DNA of 64,000 bases. It comes from Eledone cirrhosa. Lineage: Eukaryota. A program made the translations under genes and the position numbers. Numbering within the stretch: position 1 is the stretch's first letter; each line of letters begins with the position of its first letter. The DNA lies in NCBI GenBank assembly GCA_964016885.1, contig OZ024740.1, positions 52,080,001-52,144,000 on the forward strand, read 5' to 3'. Below, piece after piece: positions 15,057 to 28,990 of the stretch. The notes under the pieces were generated by a model that was not told the DNA's origin, ran no database searches, and was given only the letters and a program-made list of their open reading frames with translations.

Positions 15057-16067
15057 CACTATACACACATATGGACACATACATAGAATGATACACTTGA
15101 AAATAACAATGTTATACACATTTTCAACAATAACTGTATTGATTCACTTAATTGAAATAATTTTATAAGGAGAATATATAGTAATCTTACCTGAATGAAG
15201 TATGAAAATTATCATTTATAACAACGATGAATATCAGTAAACTTCAATGAACACGCTTTGAACAGTATTGATTTGTTTGTGTGCAGGTGTGTCTGTGTAT
15301 GTATGTGTGTGAGTGTGTGTGTGTGTGTGTGTGCGTTGGAGTGTGTACGTGTACGTATGATTTTGTGTGTGCGCATATGATTTTTGTGGGTGTACCTGTT
15401 CGTATGAGTGACTGTCTGTCTGTTTTTGCCCGTATGTATTACTGGTACAGATTTTACTGAGAATACATGGAAGATGAAGATATAAATAAAAATACTTTAC
15501 CTGAGTGGGTCTTTAATATGTCTCTGATGGGCCTTTTTTGAGAGGTCTTATATATATATTTATATATATATATATATATTTACATAAATTTATATATATT
15601 ATATCTATATAAATTTATATATATCTTGGAGGGCTTGACTGACGTTTGCTATGTAAATATATACAATCAACAGAGTTGTAAACAGCTATTCGTTGGCCTG
15701 TTGATTTGTTTTTCCTTTTTGTTGTTCTTGAAACTGTTGTTGATGTTCATTAAACGATGATCTTTATGTTGTTATTTTTATTTTTACTTTTGGATGTGTT
15801 TGTGTGTGTGTGCGTGTTTGTGTATGTGTGTGTTTATGTTGCTTTGTAATTGTTTGTTTTTGACGAAAGACAGTAAAGAGTCTGGCTATAGTATGTATTA
15901 ATGTATACAGACGGTATATGAAGTGAGTGTATATATAGAGACAGCGAGGGAGAGAGATAGAATGTGTATATATAGAGCAGTGATCCACTCAGCTGCCTTT
16001 AAAACGAAACTTCCACGACTTCGGTTTAAATAGTAACAAGAAAGTTGTTGCCAAGAGAAGATATGTA

Positions 16068-17880
16068 GGTGGTGATGAAGGTGTTGGTGGTGATGGTGGT
16101 GATGATGGTGTTGGTGGTGATGGTGGTGTTGGTGGTGATGGTGGTGATGATGGTGTTGGTGGTGATGGTGGTGTTGGTGGTGATGGGGCCGGTGGTGGTG
16201 ATGGTGGTGTTGGTGGTGATGGTGGTGTTGGTGGTGATGGTGGTGATGGTGGTGATGATGGTGTTGGTGGTGATGGTGGTGTTGGTGGTGATGGTGGTGA
16301 TGATGGTGTTGGTGGTGATGGTGGTGTTGGTGGTGATGGGGCCGGTGGTGGTGATGGTGGTGTTGGTGGTGATGGTGGTGTTGGTGGTGATGATGGTGTT
16401 GGTGGTGATGATGGTGTTGGTGGTGATGGTGGTGATGGTGATGATGGGGCCGGTGGTGGTGATGGTGGTGTTGGTGGTGATGGTGGTGATGGTGATGATG
16501 GGGCCGGTGGTGGTGATGGTGATGAAGGTGTTGGTGGTGATGGGGCCGGTGGTGGTGATGGTGGTGTTGGTGGTGATGGTGGTGTTGGTGGTGTTGGTGG
16601 TGATGGTGGTGTTGGTGTTGGTGGTGTTGGTGGTGTTGGTGTTGGTGGTGTTGGTGGTGTTGGTGGTGTTGGTGGTGATGGTGGTGTTGGTGTTGGTGGT
16701 GTTGGTGGTGTTGCTGGTGTTGGTGATGGTGATGATGGTGTTGGTGGTGTTGGTGGTGATGGTGATGATGGGGCCGGTGGTGGTGATGGTGGTGTTGGTG
16801 GTGTTGGTGATGATGGTGTTGGTGGTGGTGCTGGTGTTGGTGGTGGTGGTGATGATGGTGTTGATGGTGATGGTGGTGTTGGTGGTGTTGCTGGTGTTGG
16901 TGGTGGTGGTGATGATGGTGTTGGTGGTGATGGTGGTGTTGGTGTTGGTGGTGTTGGTGGTGTTGCTGGTGGTGGTGGTGTTGCTGGTGTTGGTGGTGGT
17001 GGTGATGATGGTGGTGTTGGTGGTGTTGGTGGTGATGGTGGTGTTGGTGGTGTTGGTGGTGTTGGTGGTGTTGGTGGTGATGGTGGTGTTGGTGTTGGTG
17101 GTGGTGGTGGTGATGGTGGTGTTGGTGGTGTTGCTGGTGTTGGTGGTGGTGGTGATGATGGTGGTGTTGGTGGTGTTGGTGGTGATGGTGATGGTGGTGT
17201 TGGTGGTGTTGCTGGTGTTGGTGGTGGTGGTGATGATGGTGGTGTTGGTGGTGTTGGTGGTGATGGTGGTGTTGGTGGTGTTGGTGGTGGTGGTGATGGT
17301 GGTGTTGGTGGTGTTGGTGGTGGTGGTGGTGGTGGTGATGGTGGTGTTGGTGGTGTTGGTGGTGATGGTGGTGTTGGTGGTGTTGGTGGTGGTGGTGATG
17401 GTGGTGTTGGTGGTGTTGGTGGTGGTGGTGGTGGTGGTGATGGTGGTGTTGGTGGTGTTGGTGGTGGTGGTGATGGTGGTGTTGGTGGTGTTGCTGGTGT
17501 TGGTGGTGGTGGTGATGATGGTGGTGTTGGTGGTGTTGGTGGTGATGGTGGTGTTGGTGGTGATGGTGGTGTTGGTGGTGTTGGTGGTGGTGGTGATGAT
17601 GATGGGGCCGGTGTTGGTGATGGTGGTGATGGTGGTGTTGGTGATGTTGGTGGTGTTGGCGGTGATGGTGGTGGTGGTGTTGGTGGTGGTAGTGATGATG
17701 GTGGTGTTGGTGGTGATGGTAGTGATGGTGATGATGGTGGTGATGGTGGTGGTGGTGATGATGATGGGGCCGGTGTTGGTGATGGTGGTGATGGTGGTGT
17801 TGGTGGTGTTGGTGGTGTTGGCGGTGATGGTGGTGGTGGTGTTGGTGGTGGTAGTGATGATGGGGCCGGTGGTTGTGCAG
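16068..17880. repeat. 1.8-kb degenerate (GGT/GAT/GTT)n trinucleotide array
   Basis: GGT-dominated triplets with periodic GGGGCC variants; gives spurious poly-H/Q and poly-V ORFs. Confidence 0.95.
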
Positions 17881-18336
17881 ATGAAGTAGTAGTGGTGATA
17901 ATGATGGTGGGGATGGGAGGGCTAGTGTTGGAAGTGGTGGTGATGTCGGTGGTGGTGGTGGTGGTAGTGGGAGATCATAATGATGATGGGAGGAGATTGT
18001 GTTGAGCGGAGGAGACGACGGAGTGATAAGGTGGTGGTGGTGGTGGTGGTATTGGCGAGACGATAGTGGTGATGGAGGTGGTGTAGATGAGAATGGAGGA
18101 TAATAAAGATATGGTAGAGGAGTGACTATATGGAGGGGCGAAAGTAGAAAAAGAGGTGTATCTATTGCATGTGTGTGTACGTGCGTATGTGTGTGTACGT
18201 ACGTGGGTGTGTGTTTAGTGAAGTGCGTGTGAGGCATGTGGTTGTATGTATATATTTATGTAAGTATGTATGTATGTGCATATATGTATGTGTACACACA
18301 CACACACACACACACATATATATTATATATATATAA

Positions 18337-18375
<39 letters not shown>

Positions 18376-19422
18376 TATATACATATATTATATATATATA
18401 TACATATATTATATATATAATATTATATATATTATATATACAATATTATATATATATAATATATGTATATATATATATAATATATATATATATTATATAT
18501 GATATTATATATATAATATATAATATTTTATATATAATATATATAATATTATATATATGTATATATTATATATAATATTATATATATTTTTTATATTATA
18601 TATATATAATATTATATATATAATATATATATATGTGTGTGTATTTATATATATATATACACATATCTATGTCTATATGTATTTATGCATATCTATGTTT
18701 ATATCCATATGTATGTATGTATATATGTAGGCGTTTGCAAATGAGTGTATTCGTATGTGTGCATGTCTATATAATGTGGATTGGGTGGTTGTATGCACGT
18801 GTCTAAAATGGGTGTATATATGCGCGTGTGATTGTATGTGTAGGGAAAGGAGGAGGCGGAGGAGGAGGTGGAGGGGTGGCCTTATCTAAGGGAGCGGAGA
18901 GAAAAGGGTGCTGACGGGGAAAGAAGTAGTTGAAATTTACAAAATTAGAGGAGGAGGGATGAGGGGAGCAGAAAGAGGAGGTATTGAAGTATGTATGATA
19001 GCAATAGAGAAGTGAGTTATGCGTGGGACAGGGTTTAAAGGATGAGAAAAGTCCCGTCTTGGTAGGCGGTGGGGGAGGGTAGAAGGGGGAGAAAGAGGCT
19101 GTTGTGATCACGATAACAATGATAATGGTAGTGAGGGGGGGGGAGCGCAATCGTAGAGAGGGAGAGAGAGAGGGGGGTAGGGAGAGCTTGGAAGGTATGT
19201 TGTGATTATAATGACAATGATAGGAATTATAACAGTAGTGATGAATGGAGGAGGGGCGGGGTTCAAGGAAAGAGAGAGAGGGGAAGAGAAAAGGAGTGAG
19301 AGAGAGAGAGAGGAGGGAGAGAAAAGGAAATAGAGAGAGAGAGGGAAATAAAAGGAGAAAGAGAGTAAGGGAGATATATTTATTTATGTATATATATAGG
19401 AAATATATATACGTGTATATAG

Positions 19423-19510
<88 letters not shown>

Positions 19511-19819
19511 TATATGTATATATATATATATATGTGTATATATATATAATATATAAAAATATGGAGAGAGGGGTAGAGAAAAAGAGAAAGATGGTAATGT
19601 TATGATAGCACGCAGGACTCTGATGTGTATGTGTGAGAGCGTGTGTGTGTGAGTGCGTGTGTGTTTAATTCTCACATATTTAGTAGCTACTTTTTTTTAA
19701 TAATCTCTACAAGTTATCATCTTATAAACCCAATCAGTTCTTCCTGTGTACCCCTATCTATCTATCTATCTATTGTATTTGTCCTCTTCTTTTGTGCCCT
19801 TGTGGCTAATAAAGAAACA

Positions 19820-19902
<83 letters not shown>

Positions 19903-19968
19903 TTATCTATCTATTTACCTAACTACCTATCTACATTCAGAACTATCTTCCTGCCTATCGACTTATCT

Positions 19969-20548
19969 GGGTGGAACCGATCCGGTTGACCACCGAGTCT
20001 ATTGTAATGATCAAGCCGCCTCCCCCCTTCAAAGATGAAGCAGAGACGGTGTTTCTGTGCGTAATAGCCATGGCGAAAGAGGTTGTATGGTGGACGCGTC
20101 TGAAAGGACTGAGGTCAGGCACCTTTCTCTCTGGCCAACAACTGGTCCGTTTCTTCCGATATCATTTCGGAAGAAGGATCAGGATGGAGAGAGAGGTGCT
20201 GCACCCCAGTCGTTTTTATGAAAGGTGGGTGAAAGTGGCGAGAATGGCCCGTGTGAATGGGCCGTCTCTTTACATAAGCCTGTAGGTGGAAAAGAGGAAG
20301 GAACGAGGGAGCACCCCCTCTCTGTGCTCCTGAGGAAAAGGGTTGCACACTTTTTTCGGGGGTGTGTGCGACCCCCCAAGGCGCCTCCTCTCTATTGAGG
20401 ATTTTGTTATAAATTTTATTTTTTGTTATATTTTATTTTATTTTTATATTTTGTTATTGCCTCCTCCTTATTGAGGACGCCTTTTTGTGTAAACTCCCCC
20501 CTTTGTACTTGTCCCACTTTTGATGCCCTGGTGGCAAATAAAAGAAAC
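19969..20548 (+). mobile_element. Tx1-like LINE copy 1 (3' 580 bp)
   Basis: Nearly identical to 22695-23269; ends GGCAAATAAAAGAAAC then (ATCT)n. Confidence 0.92.
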
Positions 20549-20549
20549 A

Positions 20550-20600
<51 letters not shown>

Positions 20601-23011
20601 ACGCGAAGCACGAAGGCTGCGTTGTCCGAAGTAAAATACGTGCTCTAGGGAACGAGGGGACCAAAGCTGTTAGCTGGGCCCGCGTGACAGAGGCCAACAG
20701 TGGAACTAAATCCACCATCCGGTCTTTGCGAGACCAGGATGGACGGGCGATTCTTGAGCCTAAGCAGATGTGTGAGGCCTTTCAAAGGCACTTTACCCGA
20801 CTGTTCGGAAGGGGCGGGGAGCCGGTTGGGGATGTGGACTTCAGTCCATACCTCGACGGCCTGCCGCGTCTCTCGGACAGGGAGGCGAAGTCCTGCGAGG
20901 AGCCGATTTCGGCCGCTGAGATAGAGGACGTGCTGAGCCAATGCGGCAAACGCAAATCCCCGGGTCTCGATGGTCTTCCATACGAATTATATCTAGCTAT
21001 GCCGGACTTGTTCCCCGATCTCCTCGAGGCGGTCTACTGCAACTGGCAACAGAACGGGAGAGTTCCCTGTACTGTGACCAAGGGCGTAGTCACGCTAGTG
21101 AGGAAGGACGAGATCAAGGGGGATGAAATAAGTAACTTCAGGCCCATAACTCTGCTAAATACAGAGTTACAGATTTTGGCCAAGGTGCTAGCAAAGAGGT
21201 TGACGCTTGTCGTGGGCAACCTGGTGGGAGATGCGCAGACATGCGCTATCCCGTCCAGGTCCATCCATGACAACCTCCACCTCATGCGATACATCATAGA
21301 GAGGGTTGGGAACGAACCCGGCTTTGGTGGGGCTCTGATCAACTTGGATCAATCTAAGGCGTTCGATAGGGTCGACCATGGTTACCTGGATGCGGTGCTA
21401 GCGGCGGCAGGCTTCGGACCCGTTTTCAGGGGCTGGATCACTGCTATGCACAGCGACCGCATCTGCTCTAGGGTCAAGGTGAATGGCTACCTCTCGGAGC
21501 CGTTCAAAATCGCGCGGTCCATCCGACAAGGGTACCCTCTCTTCTCCCTTCTGTATGTGTTGACTCTCGAGCCACTACTGCGGAAGTTGGAGTTGTTGCA
21601 GGGCATCCCTTTGGAACCGGGATTGCGGAAAGCGGTGTCGGCCTACGCCGATGACGTGACAGTAATGGTGTCGACGGCCTCCGAAATCGAGGCGGTCGGC
21701 ACCTTACTGGAGGAGTACGAAAGGTTCACAGGGGCTAAGCTGAACCGGGACAAGTTGATCGGTTTGCAACTCGGCACGTGGAGGGGCAGACCGATGCCCT
21801 TCGATGGCGTCGTCGGACGCTGGACGGAGGGCCCGGTGAAGTTGCTCGGGGTCTGGTTCGGACCGGACCTCCAGGTGGAGAAAAACTGGGCGGAAGTTAC
21901 GAACAGGGTGTTTGCACTGACCCAGAAGTGGGCCAGTTGCAAACTATCCCTGAAAGGTCGGGCGGAGGTGGCGAACACCTATATAGCGTCCGTCATCTAC
22001 TACCGCCTGACCGTAGTGCCCTGCCCAAGGGAAACCCTCACCAAGATGGAGCGCGCACTCTTCCAATTCCTTTGGAAGAGGTGGGCTCCTATGGTGAGGA
22101 GATCCATCTGCTGTCAACACCCTTCGAAAGGAGGGCTGGGGTTGCCGTGGCTAATGATGCGTAAACACGCATTAAGGCTACGCCACCTCTACGTATTCCT
22201 CACCGGTCAACCGGTGTGGGCCTCGTTTGTGAGACGAACCTTTCCCAGACTCGTCTCACTCACCGAGCTGCAATCCTGGGTCAAGCAAAGACCGAGAAAA
22301 CTGGGCGCCTGGCACACTGAGTGTGCCCAGGCGCTCACGGCTCTCTGGCAGGCGGATCCGGTTATTAGTGGAGACTCCACCGCAACATTCTATAGAGGGC
22401 TGGTACGCAGCAGGTGCGACGACGCCCTCGGAGAAGCCCTAGACATGGCCAGCCTGTTCGGTAGGACATTCAGCCCGGGACCTATGGACAACTTCCAGAA
22501 GTCCCTGGCCTGGCAGTGCTACCGAGGGGCTCTACCCGTTCGAGAAAAGCTCTACAGACACGGGTGCCCGGGTAGGGACCCCGCCAAAAAGATCTGTCCC
22601 AGATGCGTGTGCGACGAGGAAACCGTTGCACACGCATTGGTACACTGCTCGGGCGTAGCCGATCTGTGGGGCTATGTCGAACAAGTGCTGTCAAGGGTGG
22701 GACCGATCCGGTTGACCACCGAGTCTATTGTAATGATCAAGCCGCCTCCCCCCTTCAAAGATGAAGCAGAGGCAGTGTTTCTGTGCGTAATAGCCATGGC
22801 GAAAGAGGTTGTATGGTGGACGCGTCTGAAAGGACTGAGGTCAGGCACCTTTCTCTCTGGCCAACAACTGGTCTGTTTCTTCCGATATCATTTCGGAAGA
22901 AGGATCAGGATGGAGAGAGAGGTGCTCCACCCCAGTCGTTTTTATGAAAGGTGGGTGAAAGTGGCGAGAATGGCCCGTGTGAATGGGCCTTCTCTTTACA
23001 TAAGCCTGTAG
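20601..23011 (+). CDS. Truncated ORF2: reverse transcriptase plus C-terminal zinc knuckle (APE domain missing)
   Basis: KSPGLDGLPYELY, NFRPITLLN, DQSKAFDRV, RQG.P.S.LLY, YADD, KLLGVWF, GGLG, CPRC...EETVAHALVHC. The ORF-track start at 20423 is fortuitous read-through of UTR and microsatellite. Confidence 0.88.
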
Positions 23012-23269
23012 GGGGAAAAGAGGAAGGAACGAGGGAGCACCCCCTCTCTGTGCTCCTGAGGAAAAGGGTTGAACACTTTTTTCGGGGGTGTGTGCGACCC
23101 TCCAAGGCGCCTCCTCTCTATTGAGGATTTTGTTATACATTTTATTTTTTTGTTATATATTATTTTTATATATTGTTATTGCCTCCTCCTTATTGAGGAC
23201 GCCTTTTTGTTTAAACTCCCCCCTTGTACTTGTCCCACTTTTGATGCCCTAGTGGCAAATAAAAGAAAC
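20601..23269 (+). mobile_element. Tx1-like LINE copy 2, 5'-truncated, between (CTAT)n runs
   Basis: Carries an uninterrupted ORF2 segment and the 3' UTR. Confidence 0.93.
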
Positions 23270-23290
23270 ATATCTATCTATCTATCTATC

Positions 23291-25521
23291 CACCTTCCTG
23301 CCCATAGAACACATAAACAGGGACCCGAAACTGGAAGCTAAACATGTCGCTCCCGACGCGTAAAACCTACAGTAAACGGATTGGCATTTTAGTTAAACGC
23401 CAGTTGACGGGGACCATCGTCAACAACAGGTGGTGGTACACTCTCAAGAGAGCAATTAGAGTAGAATCAATAGCATTTACCAAGGAAGTAGCTTTAGAAA
23501 AGAACAAACATGAAAAGGAACTAGTAGCCAAAGAAGAAGAGGCACTTAGGAGGAGTGGCAGTACAGCTGACGTGCTAGCGGCGAGAGCGGCACTAGATCA
23601 GTTCTTCAACGTGAAACACGAAGGTTGTATTGTCAGAAGTAGAACACGTGCTCTGAGAAACGAGGGAGCCAAAGCTGTTAGCTGGGCCCGAGTAGCAGAG
23701 GCGAAAAGTGGCAACAAATCCTCAATCAGTCTTTGGAAAACCAAGACGGACGCATAATACTTGAGATCCAAGCAGTTGTGCACGGCCTTCCAGCAGCACT
23801 TTGCACAACTGTTCGGGCAGAGCGGTACGTCGAGCGGGGTGATGGACTTCAGTTCCTACCTGCACGGCCTACCGCGACTCTCGAACACGGATGCAGAGAA
23901 CTGCGAAAGGCCGATCACAGCGGGCGAAATAGAAGACGCTCTAGGCCGCTGTGGGAAACGCAAATCACCCGGTTTAGATGATCTACCATATGAGCTTTAC
24001 ATAGGCATGCCAGACTTGTTCTCTGACCTCCACGAAGCGGTCTACTTCAACTGGCAGCAGAGGCGTAGTAACACTGATCAGGAAAGATGAATACAAAGGG
24101 CATAACATAAGCAACTTCAAGCCCATAACTCTGCTCAACACATAGTTGAAGATTTTGGCCAAGGTATTAGCAATGAGGCTGGTGCTCGTCGTCGAGAACC
24201 TGGCGGGAGAAGTGCAAACATGTGCAACCCTGACCAGGTCCATACACGACAACCTCCACCTCATGTGATACAACATAGAGAGGGGCTCTGATCAATTTAG
24301 ACCAATCTAAGGCATTTAATAGGGTCGACCATCAATACTTGTAAGCGGTTCTCAAGGCGACCGGTTTCGGTCCCGTCTTCAGAGGTTGGATCACTGCCAT
24401 GCACAACGACATCTGCTCGCCAGTCAAGGTGAATGGCTACCTATCGGAGCTATTTCAAATCACGCGTTCCATCCGCCAAGGATGCCCTCTTCCTCCATTC
24501 TGTATGTGCTGACTCTCGAGCCACTACTTCGGAAGTTGGAGCTATTGCAGGGCATCCCGATAGAACCAAGACTGCGAAAAGCAGCGTCGGCCTATGTCGA
24601 CGACGTGACCGTAATGGTGTCGAAAACCTCGGAAATCGGGGTAATCGGCAACTTATTACAGGAATACGAAACGTTGACGGGAGCAACACTAAACCCGAAC
24701 AAGTCTGTCGGTTTGCAACTCGGCACATGAAGAGGCAAACCTATGCCGTTCCGACAGCGTCGTTTGACGCTAGACGGAAGGACCGGTGAAATTGCTCGGG
24801 GTCTGGTTTGGTCCAGACCTCCAGGTGGACAAAAACTGGCACTAGGTCACGGCAAAGGTGTTTGCACCCACCCAGAAGTGGGCTGAGTGCAAACTCTCCT
24901 TAAAAGGTTGAGCGGAGGTGGAGAACACTTACATAGCGCCATCTAGTACTGCTTGATAGTCGTGCCTTGTCCCAGCGATCACCTCACTAACGCCTACTTT
25001 TCAAGTTCCTTTGGAAGAAACAAGCTCAATTGGTAAAGAGATTCATCTGCTTCCAACACCCTTCTAACGGAGGGATGGGTATGCCGTGGCTGATGATGCG
25101 CAAACACGCGCTGAGGCTACGCCATCTCCAGGTGTTCCTGACCGGTGAACCAGTGTGATTGTCGTTTGTGAGATGAGCTTCTCCATAACTCGTCTCGCTA
25201 ACAGAGCTGCAGACCTGGGTCAAGTGAAGACCGAAAATGGGCGCGTGGCACCTCGAGTGCCTTCAGGCGCTCGCAGCCCTCTACGAAGCGGAAACGGCAA
25301 TCAGCGGAGACTCCACGCCAACATTCTATAGGGGATTAGGGGAGGATAAGTGCGACAACGTTCTCAGGGAGACTCTAGGCATCGAGAAGGACGAACTGAC
25401 CAGTCTGTTCGGGAGGACTTTCCGTCCAGAGCCTATGGATAACTTCCAGAGGTCTCTGGTCAGGTAGTGCTACCAAGGAGCTCTACCAGTTCAAGACAAA
25501 ATCTACAGGCACAGACGCCCT
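23291..25521 (+). pseudogene. Tx1-like LINE copy 3 (diverged subfamily, many stops and frameshifts, 3' end lost)
   Basis: Starts near the WKLN.SL motif that follows the APE domain; RT motifs KSPGLD, DQSKAF, YVDD. Confidence 0.88.
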
Positions 25522-27831
25522 GGCAAACGCAAATCCCCGGGTCTCGATGGTCTTCCATACGAACTATATCTAGCTATGCCGGACTTGTTCCCCGATCTCC
25601 TCGAGGCGGTCTACTGTAACTGGCAACAGAACGGGAGAATTCCCTGTGCTGTGACCAAGGGCGTAGTCACGCTAGTGAGGAAGGACGAGAACAAGGGGGA
25701 CGATATAAATAATTTCAGGCCCATAACTCGGCTAAATAGAGAGTTACAGATTTTGGCCAAGGTGCTAGCAAAGAGGTTGGCGCTTGTCGTGGGCAACCTG
25801 GTGGGAGATGCGCAGACATGTGCTATCCCGTCCAGGTCCATCCACGACAACCTCCACCTCATGCGATACATAATAGAGAGGGTTGGGAACGAACCCGGCT
25901 TTGGTGGGGCCCTGATCAAATTGGATCAGTCTAAGGCATGGTTATCTGGATGCGGTGCTAGCGGCGGCAGGCTTCAGACCCGTTTTCAGGGGCTGGATCA
26001 CTGCCATGCACAGCAGCCGCATCTGCTCTAGGGTCAAGGTGAACGGCTACCTCTCGGAGCCGTTCAAAATCGCGCGGTCCATCCGACAAGGGTGCCCTCT
26101 CTCCTCCCTTCTATATGTGACGACTCTAGAGCCACTGCTGCGGAAGTTGGAGTTGTTGCAGGGCATCCCGTTGGAACCGGGATTGCGGAAAGCGGTGTCG
26201 GCCTACGCCGATGACGTAACAGTAATGGTGTCGACGGCCTCGGAAATCGGGCGATCGGCACCTTACTGGAGGAGTACGAAAGGTTTACAAGGGCTAAGCT
26301 GAACCGGGACAAGTCGATCGGTTTGCAACTCGGCACGTCGAAGGGCAAATCGATGCCCTCCGATGGCGTCCTTGGGCGCTGGACGGAGAGCCCGGTGAAG
26401 TTGCTCGGGGTCTGGTTCGGACCAGACCTCCAGGTGGAGAAGAACTGGGGTGAGGTAATGAACAGGGTGTTTGCACTGACCCAGAAGTGGGCCGAGTGCA
26501 AACTGTCCCTGAAAGGTCGGGCGGAGGTGGCGAACACTTATATAGCGTCCGTCATCTACTACCGCCTGACCGTCGTGCCTTGCCCAAGGGAAACGCTCGC
26601 CAAGATGGAGCGCGCGCTCTTCCAATTCCTTTGGAAGAAGCGGGCTCACTTGGTGAGGAGATCCATCTGCTGTCAACACCCTTCGAAAGGAGGGCTGGGG
26701 ATGCCGTGGCTAATGATGCGTAAACACGCATTAAGGCTACGGCAGCTCCAGGTATTCCTCACCGGTCAACCGGTGTGGGCCTCGTTTGTGAGACGAACCT
26801 TTCCCAGACTCGTCTCACTCACCAAGCTGCAATCCTGGGTCAAGCAAAGACCGAGAAACTGGGCGCCTGGCACACCGAGTGTGCCCAGGCGTCACGGCTC
26901 TCTGGCAGGCGGACCCGGCTGTCAGAGGAGAATCCATCTCGTTATTCTATAGAGGGGTGGTGGTTAGCAGGTGCGACGACGCCTTCGGAGAAGCCCTAGG
27001 CATGGAAGAAAACGAACTGGCCAACCTGTTCGGTAGGACATTCAGCCCGGGACCTATGGATAACTTCCAGCGGTCCCTGGCCTGGCAGTGCTACCGAGAG
27101 GCTCAGCCCGTTCAAGAAAGGCTCTACAGACACGGGCGCCCGGGTAGGGACCCCTCGAAAAAGATCTGTCCCAGATGCGTGTGTGACGAGGAAACCGTTG
27201 CACACGCATTGGTACACTGCTCGGGCATTGCCGATCTGTGGGGCTATGTCGAACGACTGCTGTCACGGGTGGGACCGATCCGGTTGACCACCGAGTCTAT
27301 TGTAACGATCAAGCTGACTCCCCTCTTCAAAAACGAAGGAGAGGCGGTGTTTCTGTGCGTAATAGCCATGGCGAAAGATGTTGTATGGTGGACGCATCTG
27401 AAAGGACTGAGGTCAGACACCTTTCTCTCTGGCCAACAACTGGTCCGTTTCTTCCGATATCATTTCGGAAGAAGGATCAGGATGGAGAGAGAGGTGCTGC
27501 ACCCCAGCCGTTTTTATGAAAGATGGGTGTAAGTGGCGAGAATGGCCCGTGTGAATGGGCCTTCACTCTACATCAGACTGTAGGTGAGTAAGATGAAAGA
27601 TCAAGGGAGCACCCTCTCTCTGTGCTCTTGAGGAGAAGGGTTGCACACTTTTTCGGGGGGCGCCTCCTCCCTATTGAGGATTTTGTTATTCAATTTATTT
27701 TTGTTATATTTTATATTTTATATTTTTATATCTTGTTATTGCCTCCTCCTTATTGAGGACGCCTTGTTATGTAAACTCCCCCCATTGTACTTGTCCCACT
27801 CTTTGGCGCCCTGGTGGCAAATAAAAAGAAA
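25522..27831 (+). mobile_element. Tx1-like LINE copy 4 (frameshifted)
   Basis: Begins abruptly at GGCAAACGCAAATCCCCGG (equivalent to 20945); ends in 3' UTR plus (CTAT)n. Confidence 0.9.
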
Positions 27832-28008
27832 GTTATCTATCTATCTATGTATCTATCTATCTATCTATCTATCTAACCACCAAACTGTCTGTTTGTCTAT
27901 CTATCTACCTATCTATATGCACATACATATACATTCATACATACACATATGTGTTTTCATAGGTATATATATATATGCGCATATATTAGTTTATGTATTA
28001 GTTTATAG

Positions 28009-28102
<94 letters not shown>

Positions 28103-28295
28103 AAACTAATATATTTACAAAAATGACTAAGTTAGGTAACAAGTAAACGGAACAGACCGTGACTTGTAGGCGGTTCTGTCCACTTTTCTCTATTTCAATT
28201 GTTCTTGTAAATTTTATTATTTATGTTTATCATATATCATACAAACATTAAAATATTTTAATCGTTATAAACAAACACACACACATACTCGTTCT

Positions 28296-28327
<32 letters not shown>

Positions 28328-28529
28328 CGAGTATGACCCCGTTTCGAAACGGCTTGAGCTCTGCTGTCGGGGTCATACTCGTTCCTATTACCCACTCTAC
28401 TACCCTAAGTATTGAGTAATCTGGTGCGTTTTGGTCCATCTGGTTCCTTACCACAATTCCTTCGTTATATATATATATATATATATATATAAATTCCATA
28501 AGTGGAAAAAGCAAACGATAAAAAGTTAC

Positions 28530-28622
<93 letters not shown>

Positions 28623-28680
28623 ATTATATATATATATATATAAATTCCATAAGTGGAAAAAGCAAACGATAAAAAGTTAC

Positions 28681-28727
<47 letters not shown>

Positions 28728-28739
28728 ATGAGAAGAAAG

Positions 28740-28990
28740 AAGAATACTGCGTGGTTTGCACATGGGTTACATATGATAAAAATAGTCCTTCGTCAGTGAT
28801 TTTCCAACCATCATTGGTATTTCATCGCATTAAAAATCAGATACCTCAGGTTGGTGCGAGCAATAACTAAAAAAAGTTATTGGGACCAGAATTCGCGTAA
28901 GGCGAGGGGGACAGGTAAACAACATAGAAGGATAAAAGCAAACCGAAGATAGGAAAATAAACAAGCAACATGGTAGTCCTGGTCAGCATA
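28740..28990. mobile_element. TA-embedded family D (also 34655-34760, 44361-44939, 48040-48240)
   Basis: Shared ATGGGTTACATATGA...GTCCTT..TCAGTG...GGT.GTGCGAGCAA. The 44-kb copy has ~50-bp terminal direct repeats. Confidence 0.7.

Noticed and set aside
15898-18237. 779-aa His/Gln ORF and 606-aa Val/Met ORF
   Set aside because: Translations of a (GGT)n-type repeat that lacks stops by composition; no domain or splice context.
20423-20600. Hydrophobic N-terminus of the 862-aa ORF as a signal peptide of a domesticated RT
   Set aside because: It is the 3' UTR of copy 1 plus (CTAT)n, in frame by chance, with a non-ATG start.
28491-28685. 44-bp sequence duplicated between TA runs
   Set aside because: Simple local duplication or assembly stutter within microsatellite; no further structure.
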